From Octopus bimaculoides (taxonomy: Eukaryota), in contig NC_068987.1 of assembly GCF_001194135.2 (NCBI RefSeq), positions 75,223,318 to 75,287,317 of the forward strand: a stretch of 64,000 nt of DNA, read 5' to 3'. The notes beneath the pieces are model-generated. The model saw only the letters and a program-made list of their open reading frames with translations, was not told where the DNA came from and did no database searches. A program made the translations under genes and the position numbers. Positions 37,194 to 49,050 of the stretch are shown here, piece by piece (the stretch's first letter is position 1; every line of letters starts with the position of its first letter).

Positions 37194-39206
37194 TTATATT
37201 GAGTGAACTTGTTTATGACTAGTTAAACTCTTCTTCATTGAGAATGCTTTGCCACAGATATCACACTGATAAGGTTTTTCTCCTGTGTGAATCCGTTTGT
37301 GAAGTGTCAAATACTCATTTCGAGAGAATTTCTTGCCACATATATTGCAATGGTACATCTTCCCACTGCTGTGGATATATCTGTGTCTTATTAAGTTTCT
37401 TTTCTGTGCAAATACTTTACCACAGGTATTACACTGATGTAGTTGTTCACCTGTGTAAATATTTTTATGAGAAGTTAAATTTTCACTTACAGTGAACTCT
37501 TTATCAGAACTATCACAGCGGTAAGGTTTTTCATTAATGTGAGTCTGTTTGTGAGAAGTTAAATCTTTAGCCTGAGAAAATGTTTTATCACAACGATGTA
37601 GATTCTCACTTGTGTGCATACTTCGATGCTTAGTTAAAAGATCATTTTCAGAAAATGCTTTACCGCACACATCACACCCATATGGCTCTTTATCTGAATG
37701 GGTGAGTTTATGAGAAGATAAATTTCCACTCATTGAAAATGCTTTACCACATATATCACAGTGGTATGGTTTCTCACCTGTGTGAATACGTTTATGAATA
37801 GCTAACACCAAATTATGCGTGAATGTTTTACCGCAGATATTACAAGTGTATGATTTATCATCTGTGGTAAGCTGCTTGAGGTAAGTCAATTCAGAATTCT
37901 CTGTCAGTGCCTTACCATAGATATTATACTGATATGGTTTTTCCCCTGAATGAATACATTTGTGAAGTGTTAAATATTCCTTTCGAGAGAATGTTTTACC
38001 ACAAATAGCACAATGATATGGTTTCTCACCAGTGTGAATACGTTTGTGAATTATTAAATACCTCCTCCTTGCAAATATTTTACCACAGACATCACACTGG
38101 TATAGTTTCTTACCTATGTGAATACGTTTATGAGTAGTTAAATTTTCACTTGCACTGAACCTTTTACGGCAGATATCACACTGGTATGGTTTGTCACCTG
38201 TGTGAATACGTTTGTGACGAGATAAATCACCACTTATAGAAAATCTTTTGCCACAGACATCACAGTGGTATGGTTTCTCACCTGTGTGAACACTTCGGTG
38301 ATTAGTTAACTGTCCATTTTGAGAGAATGATTTCAAACAAATTTCACACTGGTATGGTTTCTCACCTGAATGAATACGTTTATGAGAAGTTAAACTTCCA
38401 GTTGTTGAAAATGATTTATCACAGATATCACAATGGTATGGTTTACTACCTGTATGTATACGTTTATGACATGTTAGATTTCCACTTCCAGAAAATGTTT
38501 TTCCACAGATATCACATTCATATGGTTTTTCCCCAGTATGAACACGTACGTGACGTTTCAAATAATCATTTCGAGAAAATGTTTTAGTACAAATATCACA
38601 GTGGTATGGTTTCTCTCCTGTGTGAATAAGCTTATGGTAAGTTAAATACCCACTTTGGGAGAATGATTTACCACAGACATCACAGTGGTATGGTTTCTCA
38701 TCCATGTGAATACGTTTATGGATGGTTAATATTTTACTTTTAGAAAACGTTTTCCCACAGACTTCACAAGTGAATGATTTCTCCTCTGATTGAATACATT
38801 TATGAGAAGCTAAATTTCCAGTTGTTGAGAAAGTTTTTCCACAGACATCACATTGGCATGGTTTTGCTTCTGAGTGCACATGTTTGTGACGAGTTAAATT
38901 AGTTTTCTGTGAAAAGGTCTTACCACAAATATCACAGTGGTATGGTTTCTCACCTGTGTGTGTGCATTTATGACGAGTTAATTTTGAACTCTCAGAGAAG
39001 GTTTTACCACACACATTACACAGGAATGGCTTTTTATCTGCATGGATATTTTTGTGATTAGTCAAACTGTCAATATCAGAGAATATCAGTAAGCATATAT
39101 TACAGGTGTAGAATTTCTTTGGTGTATTTAACTGTGTCCTATGAGATATATTTTTTTTCTCAGATTTTGCTTCATCATGAGTCTGACTCTCACATGTCTC
39201 CTCCAT
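37194..39206 (-). CDS. Tandem C2H2 (Kruppel-type) zinc-finger protein, 670 aa, single coding exon
   Basis: 23 finger units with TGEKPY-type linkers: 19 canonical CxxC-x12-H-x3-H and 4 degenerate. No KRAB, ZAD or BTB domain in the 32-aa N-terminus. Candidate 5'UTR splice acceptor (tgtttcag) at 39372-39373. Confidence 0.95.
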   Translation of the reverse strand: MEETCESQTHDEAKSEKKNISHRTQLNTPKKFYTCNICLLIFSDIDSLTNHKNIHADKKPFLCNVCGKTFSESSKLTRHKCTHTGEKPYHCDICGKTFSQKTNLTRHKHVHSEAKPCQCDVCGKTFSTTGNLASHKCIQSEEKSFTCEVCGKTFSKSKILTIHKRIHMDEKPYHCDVCGKSFSQSGYLTYHKLIHTGEKPYHCDICTKTFSRNDYLKRHVRVHTGEKPYECDICGKTFSGSGNLTCHKRIHTGSKPYHCDICDKSFSTTGSLTSHKRIHSGEKPYQCEICLKSFSQNGQLTNHRSVHTGEKPYHCDVCGKRFSISGDLSRHKRIHTGDKPYQCDICRKRFSASENLTTHKRIHIGKKLYQCDVCGKIFARRRYLIIHKRIHTGEKPYHCAICGKTFSRKEYLTLHKCIHSGEKPYQYNIYGKALTENSELTYLKQLTTDDKSYTCNICGKTFTHNLVLAIHKRIHTGEKPYHCDICGKAFSMSGNLSSHKLTHSDKEPYGCDVCGKAFSENDLLTKHRSMHTSENLHRCDKTFSQAKDLTSHKQTHINEKPYRCDSSDKEFTVSENLTSHKNIYTGEQLHQCNTCGKVFAQKRNLIRHRYIHSSGKMYHCNICGKKFSRNEYLTLHKRIHTGEKPYQCDICGKAFSMKKSLTSHKQVHSI

Positions 39207-40380
39207 ATTGTTGTTTGGTGGTCATAAACTACAGCTTTAATTCTTTTCTTCGTAATTTCATAAATTATATCAAAGTTATGTAACTGACATTACATGTCAT
39301 CTTGATAAGATTATTCTTCAGTCTTTCCTATCCTTTATTAATTTCTTGGTGAATCAAAGGTGAGCAATACCCTGAAACAATGAAACAGTATTGTAAGATA
39401 TAAAGGATATTGAAACACCAACCTCTAAAACATCTCTTTCAACAGCACAAGAACTTAACCACTACATACAACAACATAACAATAATATGTCCTATCTCTC
39501 AAAACATTAACAGCATGCAACAAAAAAACCCTTCAAAGCAGCTACAAATCCAATCCCTCACTATCAATGAGGGTATCCCCTAGTGAATATACAACCTCAG
39601 TTTAGCAAAGATTAAGTGAAAATGGTGGAAACTGTAATATCTTAATATTTAAATGAAAACAACCATCAAGGTTGTGTGGTCTATAAAATCTCCATCTTTG
39701 CAATATATGGTAAAAGTAGAAAGAAGGCTTATTTGAGATCTGTCAATGATTGTAGTGTAGCAATGTTAATATCAACAAAACTATTTTATAAAAGTATTAT
39801 GTCCCTTCGTTAACTTCCAACTATCAGAGATCTTTTCATTTCCAACGTGTCACTGAAGCTCTATACTGATATACAGGTAACAGTAGACACCTGTCTACCA
39901 GGTTTTCAAATATAGTGGTTGTATTAATTAACAAGGAAGATTTGGCAGCTGGTGATCTGGGGCTAAACAACAGTATTTATTTTTATCTAATTTGAAGACA
40001 GGTAAAATCTATACAAAAGAAACAGAAAATTGAACACCCAAAGATACAAGAATGAACAGAATTTATTTTGAATGTTTATTTTTATTGTTGCTGTAGAACT
40101 GAATTTAGGACTACCCTTCTGTCAGTTAGCAGCTAGGGGCAACTTTGACACTGGTGGCATCAAGGACGGCACTAATTATTGCTCTAACAATATTATTTTC
40201 ATTTGTTTAAAATGATTACTACTACAGCATTATTATTATTATTATTATTATTATAATTGAAATCATTCATTAAATGAATAATTTAAATTTATTTTATCTT
40301 CACTCACTCTGATATCTTAAATAATTCAGCAATGAAAAACAGAAACAATTTTAAATTATCTGATACAATCACATCCTTCC

Positions 40381-40412
<32 letters not shown>

Positions 40413-42619
40413 CAACTGCAACCCCAAATATTCCCTGACAACAGGCAATATCATTGAAACTGACCGAGATCCTTTTACAAGCAACACAATTATAAGATCT
40501 TTGGAGAAGTGTCTTCCTATAACTAGGGCTGACCAAAACCTGGGTGGATTTGGTAGACGTAAGCTGAAAGAAAATTAGTTGCCATAAGACAAATGGAGAG
40601 ATAAAGATTGACCAAACTAAAGGTCGCGACAAAGCACCATCAGAAGTGACAGGCAATATGGAATGATCTAGGTCAAATGAAAAGTTCTTTTGACAAAGTG
40701 AGAACGGAATGGTAAACAGTAACTTTGCCAAAATTTATATTCCATCATAATAAATTCTAAATAATCTGATACATTCTCCAGAGAATTCACACTAAAATGA
40801 TAAAATGCTGAAATAAATAGAGTACTGAATTTAATTCATGAATAGGGTATCGAAGTTGCTAGGTAGAATATGAAAAGAAAAAGAAAATCTTCGCCGACCG
40901 CCAAACATCTGTTAATCGATAAAGTGGAATACTGAATTCAAAAGATCGCCTTTAACTAATTCTACGTTGACTAATATTTTGAGTATAAAAATGAGTTTGA
41001 TCGCTTTGCAATCACGAGGTTCCACGTTCGATCTTGGTGCCAGTTTCGCACCTGACCTAACAATTTCTTCAAAATCAATTGTGAGGAAACGAAGAATAAA
41101 CATCAAAGAACTTAGCCTGTCACAAAGACATCGTCAAAGCTATTGTGCCTTCACTTATAAATATGTTATTGAAATTATTTCTCTAATTTATTTATTTTAC
41201 TTACTGATTTAAATGTTTCAAGAATAGGATGGAGGTGGGGGTCTGCTCATTATATTTTGTTACTTTACAATCAGCTGTGTGGTTTCGGGTTCAATCCCTC
41301 TATGCAGCATTTTGGACAAGCATTTTCTATAAATCGCCGAGTGCCACCAAAGTCCGGAGAGAGAAAAGGCGTAGACAGCAAAATATAGAATATAAAAGAA
41401 GCGATTGTTCCTACTCTTGAGCAGTATTTAACCCCTGGAATAGTTAAACACCATCACATGGCTCTTGGATGCTTTTATCGGACGAACTCTGTTGTAAGCA
41501 TTCGAGCCAAATCTCTGGTCGGATAACCTACTACCACTCTCTTTCTGAAACAAAAAAAAAAAGGTCATGATCGATGACCTTCCAACTCTGAACAAGTCAT
41601 ATTTTCTTAAAACTGTAATTTTATATCTTTTTTACGTGTAGTGTAGTTGACATAAGTGTAAAAAGTGAAATGGCTAAGTGATACATGGAAAACGAAATAA
41701 TTAAGTGATCCGCGAAAAGCAAAACCGTGTAGCGCACATTGATTTATGCCTCTCGAAAAATTTGTTTGAAAATATTTTCGGTGAATAACAAACAGAAATA
41801 GAAATTTCACAGACTTAGGAGACTATTTTTAAAGTTTTCTCATCGTATTTAAAAATAATCAATGCAATTAATCTCAAGTTGTTCATGATTAGAGATATAT
41901 GTGCACAACTTACTGTTTTCTAATATTTCTCTTCACTATTCAATATAGTTAGATGTGACAGATGCAGAAATGTGAAGAAGTCATTGTCATGCAAAACATT
42001 TACAAAATTAGTCTTGACATTAAACGATAGTAAAGAAGAAACTAAGTGATACATCTTTATATACACATAACTAACCGACTAAACAAGCAACTTTGCTTTC
42101 GTAGCCTACTATTGGAAAGAAACATGTAGAATATGTGGAAACAAAGAAATGACTAATTGTATTATTATTATTATAAACCGAGTGTGATGGGAACGAGGGC
42201 AAAGAACTCTGTTCAGCATCGCTAAGTAAAAGGGGGGAAAAATTGTTTGACATGTAAACATAGTTTAATATGCAGGTTTCGTGGAATTTATTATTATAGT
42301 TCTATAAATAGTTTAAACAACAAATAAATTTTGCTGACTTCGTCTTAAAGTGTTGCACATATTTTTTTTTACCAACGTTATATTAAAACACATACACGCG
42401 CATACATGCACACGTACGTATGTACAAATGTACGTGTGCATGTGTGTCTGTTTCCATCCATCCATCCATCTATCTATCTATCTATCTATCTGCGCATACA
42501 TATAATACATATAAAGGGAAGGGGTTCGTGTCTAATGTGCTTTCGGTCAAGGAAATCCTCGCTGATAGCAAAATCCATAATCCGGAGCGACTGAGCGAAC
42601 TCTAGTTGAGTGCTGCACA

Positions 42620-43830
42620 AGTATTTATTTATTTTTGCAGTATTTGGAAGGTTTCCCCAAAACAAGAGACCTGGTCTGACTACTTACAACAGAGTGGAGT
42701 CTGCTAAAGGCATGCAAGCACTAGATGGTGTTAAGTCGGGCGTCGAACTCATTCTACTACCTAAGAGTCAAGATTGGCATAGCCCCCACCAGATGACGCT
42801 CATGTGGTCCCTGCTTATGGAATCAATGTAGGTTTGGCGTGTGATGATAGACTGTATGTGGTTGATGCGTATGCATGGGAAAAGTTAGGAGGAAATTAAA
42901 ATTGTATTGTCGTGTTCGTTGCATGAGTATTTGTTGGCTTGTATTAAGTTAAGTTGCGTGCTGTTCCAAAATTAACCAATCATGAAAGTTGTTGAAATGA
43001 CATTTCAATTTATCGAAGTAAATTAGTGTTTACATAGTCATATAATAGTTTGCCAGTAGCATAATCTAGCGTGCTACAAGCGAACGTAGTTGTAATTAAA
43101 TAATTACAAACAAAAGATATTAGCTTCGCAGGAGAGCGGGAATAATGCTTGTCCAGACTAGCTGAAGAATTCCTTTTAACTCGGGGCTGAACTTCAACCA
43201 AGGAAAACTTGTTGAAGTAAGGGCTTGATGGTTGTGCTTCTAAAGTGCATCACTCTCTGATTTGTTCATGTGCGTTGTGCTTATATAACTACAAAAGCCC
43301 AGAAACCCCTGGAACACTACAGAACATTCTCTAATATGAGGTGATAGTCTAGCAAGTTGATTGGTTAATAACCAGTACACGTCGCCTAACTTAAGTGTGG
43401 TCTGGGCCTAGTTATTAAAGTTATAAAGTTTCGGTTGATTCTAGGCCTCGCTATAATATAATCTGTATAAAAGTGGACGTTGTTGGATGTGACAGCAAGT
43501 AGGACATTGATGAATAGAAGAAAGAGAGTTGGTTGAAAGTGGGAGACATAGAGCCTCGTCAACACATGTAGCGATGGTGCGATCTAATATAAAGCTATTG
43601 ATTCAAGAGATGAGGAATCAGAGGATTTACCTTACTTCGGAATGGAACACACTGAAGCGTGTTTCAAAAGATCAGGGTATATATATCCTTGTAGACAGTG
43701 AGAGATTAAGGAGATTGGGGAATTTGATAGTAATTTCTGGAGCGCAAAGTTTGAAAATAACGGAAGGCACATTGTCAGTTCCAGTAACCTTGTTGATTGG
43801 AAACAATCGCCTTGCTAGAAATCAATTCCA
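42620..43830 (-). mobile_element. Heavily deleted CR1/L2-like LINE RT remnant
   Basis: KVTGTDNVPSVIFKLCAPE..NLLNLSLST, PTLFLLFIN.LL..TSNNVH and RPHM..HLWGG-like segments in order on the minus strand. Confidence 0.65.
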
Positions 43831-44616
43831 TTTTCTTTTCTTAAGTGAAATAAATTTAAAATTAATGGAATGAAATATATCATATAATCTTTTTGCATTC
43901 ATTTAATTAATTTTTCTTCTATTCCAACTATAAAATCTTCAACACCCATAAAAGATGTTGTTTCACTTTGATAGTTTGCACATTGCAGTGATAAATGTTC
44001 ATTTATATGTAATGCAAGCGTAGCAGATCTTTGCCTCAATTTGAACTCAAATTGTTTTCTTCGAAAACAAACTAGATCTTTCAAGATGAGAGTTGACACT
44101 ACGAAAAAACAACTAACCAATGATGCTCAACAGCTACACATCAAATTGATAGACTGATGTCAGCAAAATACTGACAAATCCAAAGTTGCTGGCAACAAAA
44201 AGACATGTACTCAGATGGACACACTGACGGAGAATCAAATTGAGGATAGACGCAGATATTCATTCAGATAGGCTAAGTTCGATATCAGTTGTTTTTCGAT
44301 AACCAAACTAATCAATGTGCTCATTTTGCAACATCCAACGATCAAACAACAAAATTAAAAATCAACGATGGCAGACAGCGCTCGTATCTATCCATTCACC
44401 TTCTCTCTTTCTCCCCCCTTAATATCTTTCTTCCCTCTCTAAATAAGCATACAAGCTACCTATATAAATTACTAAGATGAGCACAACATTGTCTCATGGA
44501 ACTAAGCCAGAACATTCGTTTCATTATTCCGACGTTATGGAACAAATTTTTTTTCTTGGAACGGTCATGTTCCATTTTTACCTGTTAACAATAAAGCGTA
44601 TAATTAACTTATAATA

Positions 44617-44795
44617 GGCTAGCGAGATTAACTGAATTACGCCTCTTTGCTGGTAAACGCCACCATGTAGAGTCGCAACTGACACCTATATATTCCGGTG
44701 GTTGTGATCTTTTCTTTCTCTCTCTTTCTGCGAAGACGTCAAGAAGCACGGATCGCTCTATCTCTCTTTGCCTACGCCAGGACAGCATGCACGAA
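44617..44795 (+). repeat. Candidate 5' LTR (direct repeat of 47251-47430)
   Basis: Shared ttaactgaattacg..ctttgctggtaaacgccacc..tatattccggtggttgtgat..cacggatcgctctatctctctttgcct; no clear TG..CA, PBS or PPT. Confidence 0.5.
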
Positions 44796-46222
44796 CCACA
44801 CTGAAATGTTTCGACTACTGATATTTTTCTCTGACCAAATGTTCAGCAAAGTGTACTCGTTATTTACAAAATGTTATACTAAAGCGTTCATTTTCTCCTG
44901 CCTCCTTCCAATATTGTTGATATCATGGCTGTTTTGCTGAGAAGGTGCATTCAACCTTGTTCCTCCCCGCACCAGGGAAACTAATACAGGAAACTCTGAG
45001 TACGTCAGTAGTCCCCTATAGCCAGACGCCGAGTCGTACATTCTTCGTAGATTTTAATTCACGCAAGCTACTCATGGTTGACACTGGTGCATTTTGTAGT
45101 ATTTGGCCAGTGAAATTTCTTACGAATACACCTCTTCCTTCGGACATTTCTTTGTAAGCTGTGAATCATTCACCCATTCGGACGTACGGTCAAATTTCCC
45201 TCTCATTGAATTTGTCGCTTCATAGGGATTTTAAGTGAATTTTTGTTCTTGCTGACCTGCCGTATCCGATTTTGGGAGCAGACATTTTATGCCATTTCTC
45301 TTTGCAGGTGGATGTTCGTAACCAGCGTCTTCTGGATAGCTCTACAGCTTTATCGATTCCTGGTCGTCATTCAGCTACTCCTGCTATAAACCCGACGTTT
45401 TTCATCGCTGTTTCTGGAGATCCATATCCTGCTCTCTTGAGTAATTTTCCTGACCTAACCAACCTAACTTTTCAACTCAGTAAGCCTGCTCATTCTACGA
45501 AGCACTTTATTTCTACTACTGGTCCTTTGGCATTCTTCTCTCACTAGCTCAATCCCACTGAATCTCGTTACAACACTTTTGGCAGAGAACTGTTGGTTAT
45601 ATTCCTAGCTATGAAGTATTTTTGTCATTTTCTCGAGGGTCGAGAATTCACAATTTTCACTGATCATAAACCTCTCACATTTGCTTTATTATCAAAATCG
45701 GACAAATACTCGCTAAGCGAAACCCGGCAATTGGATTTTATATGACAGTTCACTAGTGATATCCAGTATATTTCTGGTTCCGGTAATATAGTGGCTGACA
45801 CCTTATCGCGGCTTCCTGTATGTTCCTTATCGTCTGCTTCTGAGATTGATTTGTCTACTTTAGCTGCTGACCAACCTGTATCGAGTTCGTTGGTTGCCTC
45901 ATCTGATGAGCTTGCACACTAAATATGAATATTTTCCATTGCCGACTCCTGACCGGACTATATTATATGATGTTTCAACCGGTTCTCCGCGTCCTTTAGT
46001 TCCCGAGCACCACCGAAGATTAGTTTTTAGCCGTGGTTTCAGCTATATTTTTACGTGTATCGACCGTTTTTCGCATTGGCCTGAAGCTGTTCCATTGTGC
46101 GAAGTTGGATATCACGTTTTGGTGCAAACTTAAGGATTATCACTGACTGTGGGAATCAGTTCGAGTCACAACTCTTTAAAGAACTTATGTGCTCGTATTC
46201 ACATTAATTCACTAGAATGCTT

Positions 46223-46848
46223 GGATCTATTTCAAAACGGGGGCACCGGTTTTCATTTATGTTTTATGTAGTGTTTTTGGTACCGAAAGACTTTCAAACT
46301 TCGTATCCTTATCTATTTTGTGTTATAGAACAGGAAAAAAATTTTTGTATTCGAATTTATTTCATGTGAAAAATTGTCTTATTTCGATAATTTCTACTAA
46401 TCACTGACGTCTATTCAGTTGAAAACAGTTAGCGCCGTAACGGTGNNNNNNNNNNNNNNNNNNNNNNNNNNNNNNNNNNNNNNNATATCGTATTAATCCC
46501 CTAACTCTAGAATCCGAACTCTAAAATTGTTACACACATAGATACGCACAGCGTAATTTATTATATAAACAATATATGCGTATAAATTATGATTAAACCG
46601 GATGAAATATGTCACAGGGAATAACATTTTTATGACCGCCCAGCAGTAACTCTATTCAGCTGAATAGACGTCAGTGATTGGTTGAAATTACAGAAATACA
46701 ACTTTAACATGGAATAACTTGCGATGTACGTTTTTTTGTTAAGAAGACTAAGAGTAAAAGATGTTTTATATGACACATTCTACCAGTGTCCCAAGTTTCA
46801 AAGTGTTTCGTTAAGAAAATACTGGTGCCCCCGTTTTGAAATAGATCC
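46223..46848. mobile_element. MITE copy 1, GG-terminal TIR with 8-bp TSD (Merlin-like), inserted in the Gypsy integrase region
   Basis: 25-bp perfect TIR ggatctatttcaaaacgggggcacc; TSD gaatgctt at 46215-46222 and 46849-46856. Confidence 0.88.
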
Positions 46849-47250
46849 GAATGCTTTCCAATACTGTGATCTACTATCCAACACCTTTTTGCACACTAGT
46901 CTGTGATGCACAGCTTTTAGCTCAAAGTTTTTCTTTTTACCAGACCCCGCAAACGGTGTTACCTTGCACAGTGCTTCTGCATATACTTGCACTTTCCATT
47001 TTCAGCTCCTGCATTTTTTATTGCTAGTACATCCATGCATCACTGCTTTCCTTGATTTGTACCTTTGGCTGCCAGTTTTAACTTTCTGCCACTTGGAGAC
47101 CACTCCCTCTGATCATCGAGTTGAGAGAGAGATTTTTCTTCCCAGCGATGACAGAAAGTAGATACTAACGTTTCCCCCTTTCCTCCTCCCTTCATGCCAT
47201 AGCCTTACTCTGCTCTACTACAAATTCTGAAAGTTACCGACAATGGTCTT

Positions 47251-47430
47251 GGCTAACGAGGTTAACTGAATTACGTCCTTTGCTGGTAAACGCCACCAGG
47301 TGGCGTCGCAGCGGACACATATATTCCGGTGGTTGTGATTTTTTTCTTTCTCTATCTCTGCTAAGACGCCAAGAAACACGGATCGCTCTATCTCTCTTTG
47401 CCTGCGACACGATATGCATTTTTCACACGA
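47251..47430 (+). repeat. Candidate 3' LTR
   Basis: Direct repeat of 44617-44795, about 80% similar by eye. Confidence 0.5.
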
Positions 47431-47704
47431 AAATTAGTGGTAACATCTTATTTACAACAACCACTAAAAACGACAGACTACTCTTAATTTTCTCTTAATT
47501 TACCACGTGGTGACATGTGTGTAAATCTAACAACATAACGATACTTAATTTTCTAGTCTGCCTTCTGTACAATGCTTCGTTCGGTCCACATGCAACCAGC
47601 GTTAGATTCACGTGCATACACGATTTCTTCGCTTTCTATTTCCTTATTTTTTAAAAATTTTTATATACACCACCCATTATGCGCCCACGTCACACTATTT
47701 TCTT

Positions 47705-48244
47705 GGATCTTTTTTAAAACGGGGGCCACATTTTTCATTAACGAAACACTTTGAAACTTGGAACACTGGTAGAATGTGTCATATAAAACATCTTTTTCTC
47801 TTAGTCTTCTTTAAAAAAAAAGAAATCCATAAATTATTCCATGTTAAAGTTGTCGTATTTCTGTAATTTCAACCAATCACTGACGTCCATTCAGCCGATA
47901 TACATTAAGTGCCGACTACATAAACAAACGATTCTGAATCTATTAATCCTAACCCTAACCCTAACTCTAACCCTAACCTTCGGGTTAGGGTTAAAGCAAA
48001 TAAAACGAAGAATCGTTTGTTTATGTAGTCGGCACTTAATGTATATCGACTGAATGGACGTCAGTGATTGGTTGAAATTATCGAAATAAGACAATTTTTT
48101 ACATGAAATAAATTCGAATACAAAAATATTTTTCTGTTCTATAACACAAAATAGATAAGTATACGAAGTTTGAAAGTCTTTCGGTACCAAAAACACTACG
48201 TAAAACATTAATGAAAAATGTGGCCCCCGTTTTAAAAAAGATCC
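47705..48244. mobile_element. MITE copy 2 of the same family, opposite orientation, telomere-repeat hairpin core
   Basis: 37-bp perfect TIR ggatcttttttaaaacgggggccacatttttcattaa; TSD attttctt on both sides; inner 72-bp inverted repeat 47864-47935 / 48009-48080. Confidence 0.92.
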
Positions 48245-48838
48245 ATTTTCTTTTTGCATGAATGTTTCCATTTTCTCAGGATACTCAACTTTTTCTGAAT
48301 TTTTCTTTTGAGCTTAAACAACGTTGCAACATGCATGCATACAGTCATTGACTTACATGCACACTAGTATTTGGTATTTTTAGCGTTTGCTTCCAGACCG
48401 GTCCCAACCCTACGCCATAATTTCCAACATCGTTTCTGTATGATGCTGCAAACAGTGACAGTTCATACTAGTTTTCAGTTTTTTTTGTCTGCTATTTAAA
48501 CTTGACTAGACCTGTAAACACAGCCTGCTATATTCTCTTCACATTTCTCGATAAGGAGCACAGACAATGATTTATGCGTTCTTACTGCCATTGTTCTCTC
48601 TACACAACTCTGGTCACAGCACACGTAGAGGAAGTTTACTTGTTTCAGTGCATCCAGCATATCTTTTGCAACCATCGACGACAACAGATCTTGACACACT
48701 TTGCTTTTGTATTTCCTTGATGGCATCTACCAAACTGTACACATATATTGCTGGAAATCTTCCTGTCATACCATGGTTTGAGAATATGCGTTTTTCTTTT
48801 TCTCAGCTTCTTGTAATGCAGTCTAGCTGCTGAATTAC

Positions 48839-49050
48839 ATTCAGACTCACTTGAATATTATATATTGTATCATATTCAGACACACTCAAATATTGTCTAC
48901 CGCACTATATTCAGACTCATTTGAATATTGTACTCAAGTGCGTATGCAACCTGGTAATTCGGTATTCAAGAGCACTTGAATATGTATGCAATTGGGTGCC
49001 GGACAGCGTTCAGACTCACTTGAATATGCATTAGCATTCACGTTCAGATT
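48839..49050. repeat. Array of five 20-bp dyad motifs (attcagactcacttgaatat) with unique spacers
   Basis: Copies start at 48839, 48874, 48909, 48964 and 49008. Confidence 0.8.

Larger units (their letters stand above)
44617..47430 (+). mobile_element. Internally deleted Ty3/Gypsy LTR retrotransposon
   Basis: Protease LMVDTGAFCSIWP..PILGADIL.HFSL.VDVRNQRL; RNase H YNTFGRELL.I..AMKYF.HFLEGREFTIFTDHKPL..GNIVADTLSR; integrase YIFTCIDRFSHWPEAVP. RT core is absent. Confidence 0.88.

Noticed and set aside
47948-47993. Interstitial telomere from a chromosome fusion
   Set aside because: Only a few repeat units, and enclosed within a TIR/TSD-bounded mobile element
48839-49050. CRISPR-like repeat-spacer appearance
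   Set aside because: Eukaryotic context, 20-bp repeats, irregular spacers of 15-35 bp, no cas genes
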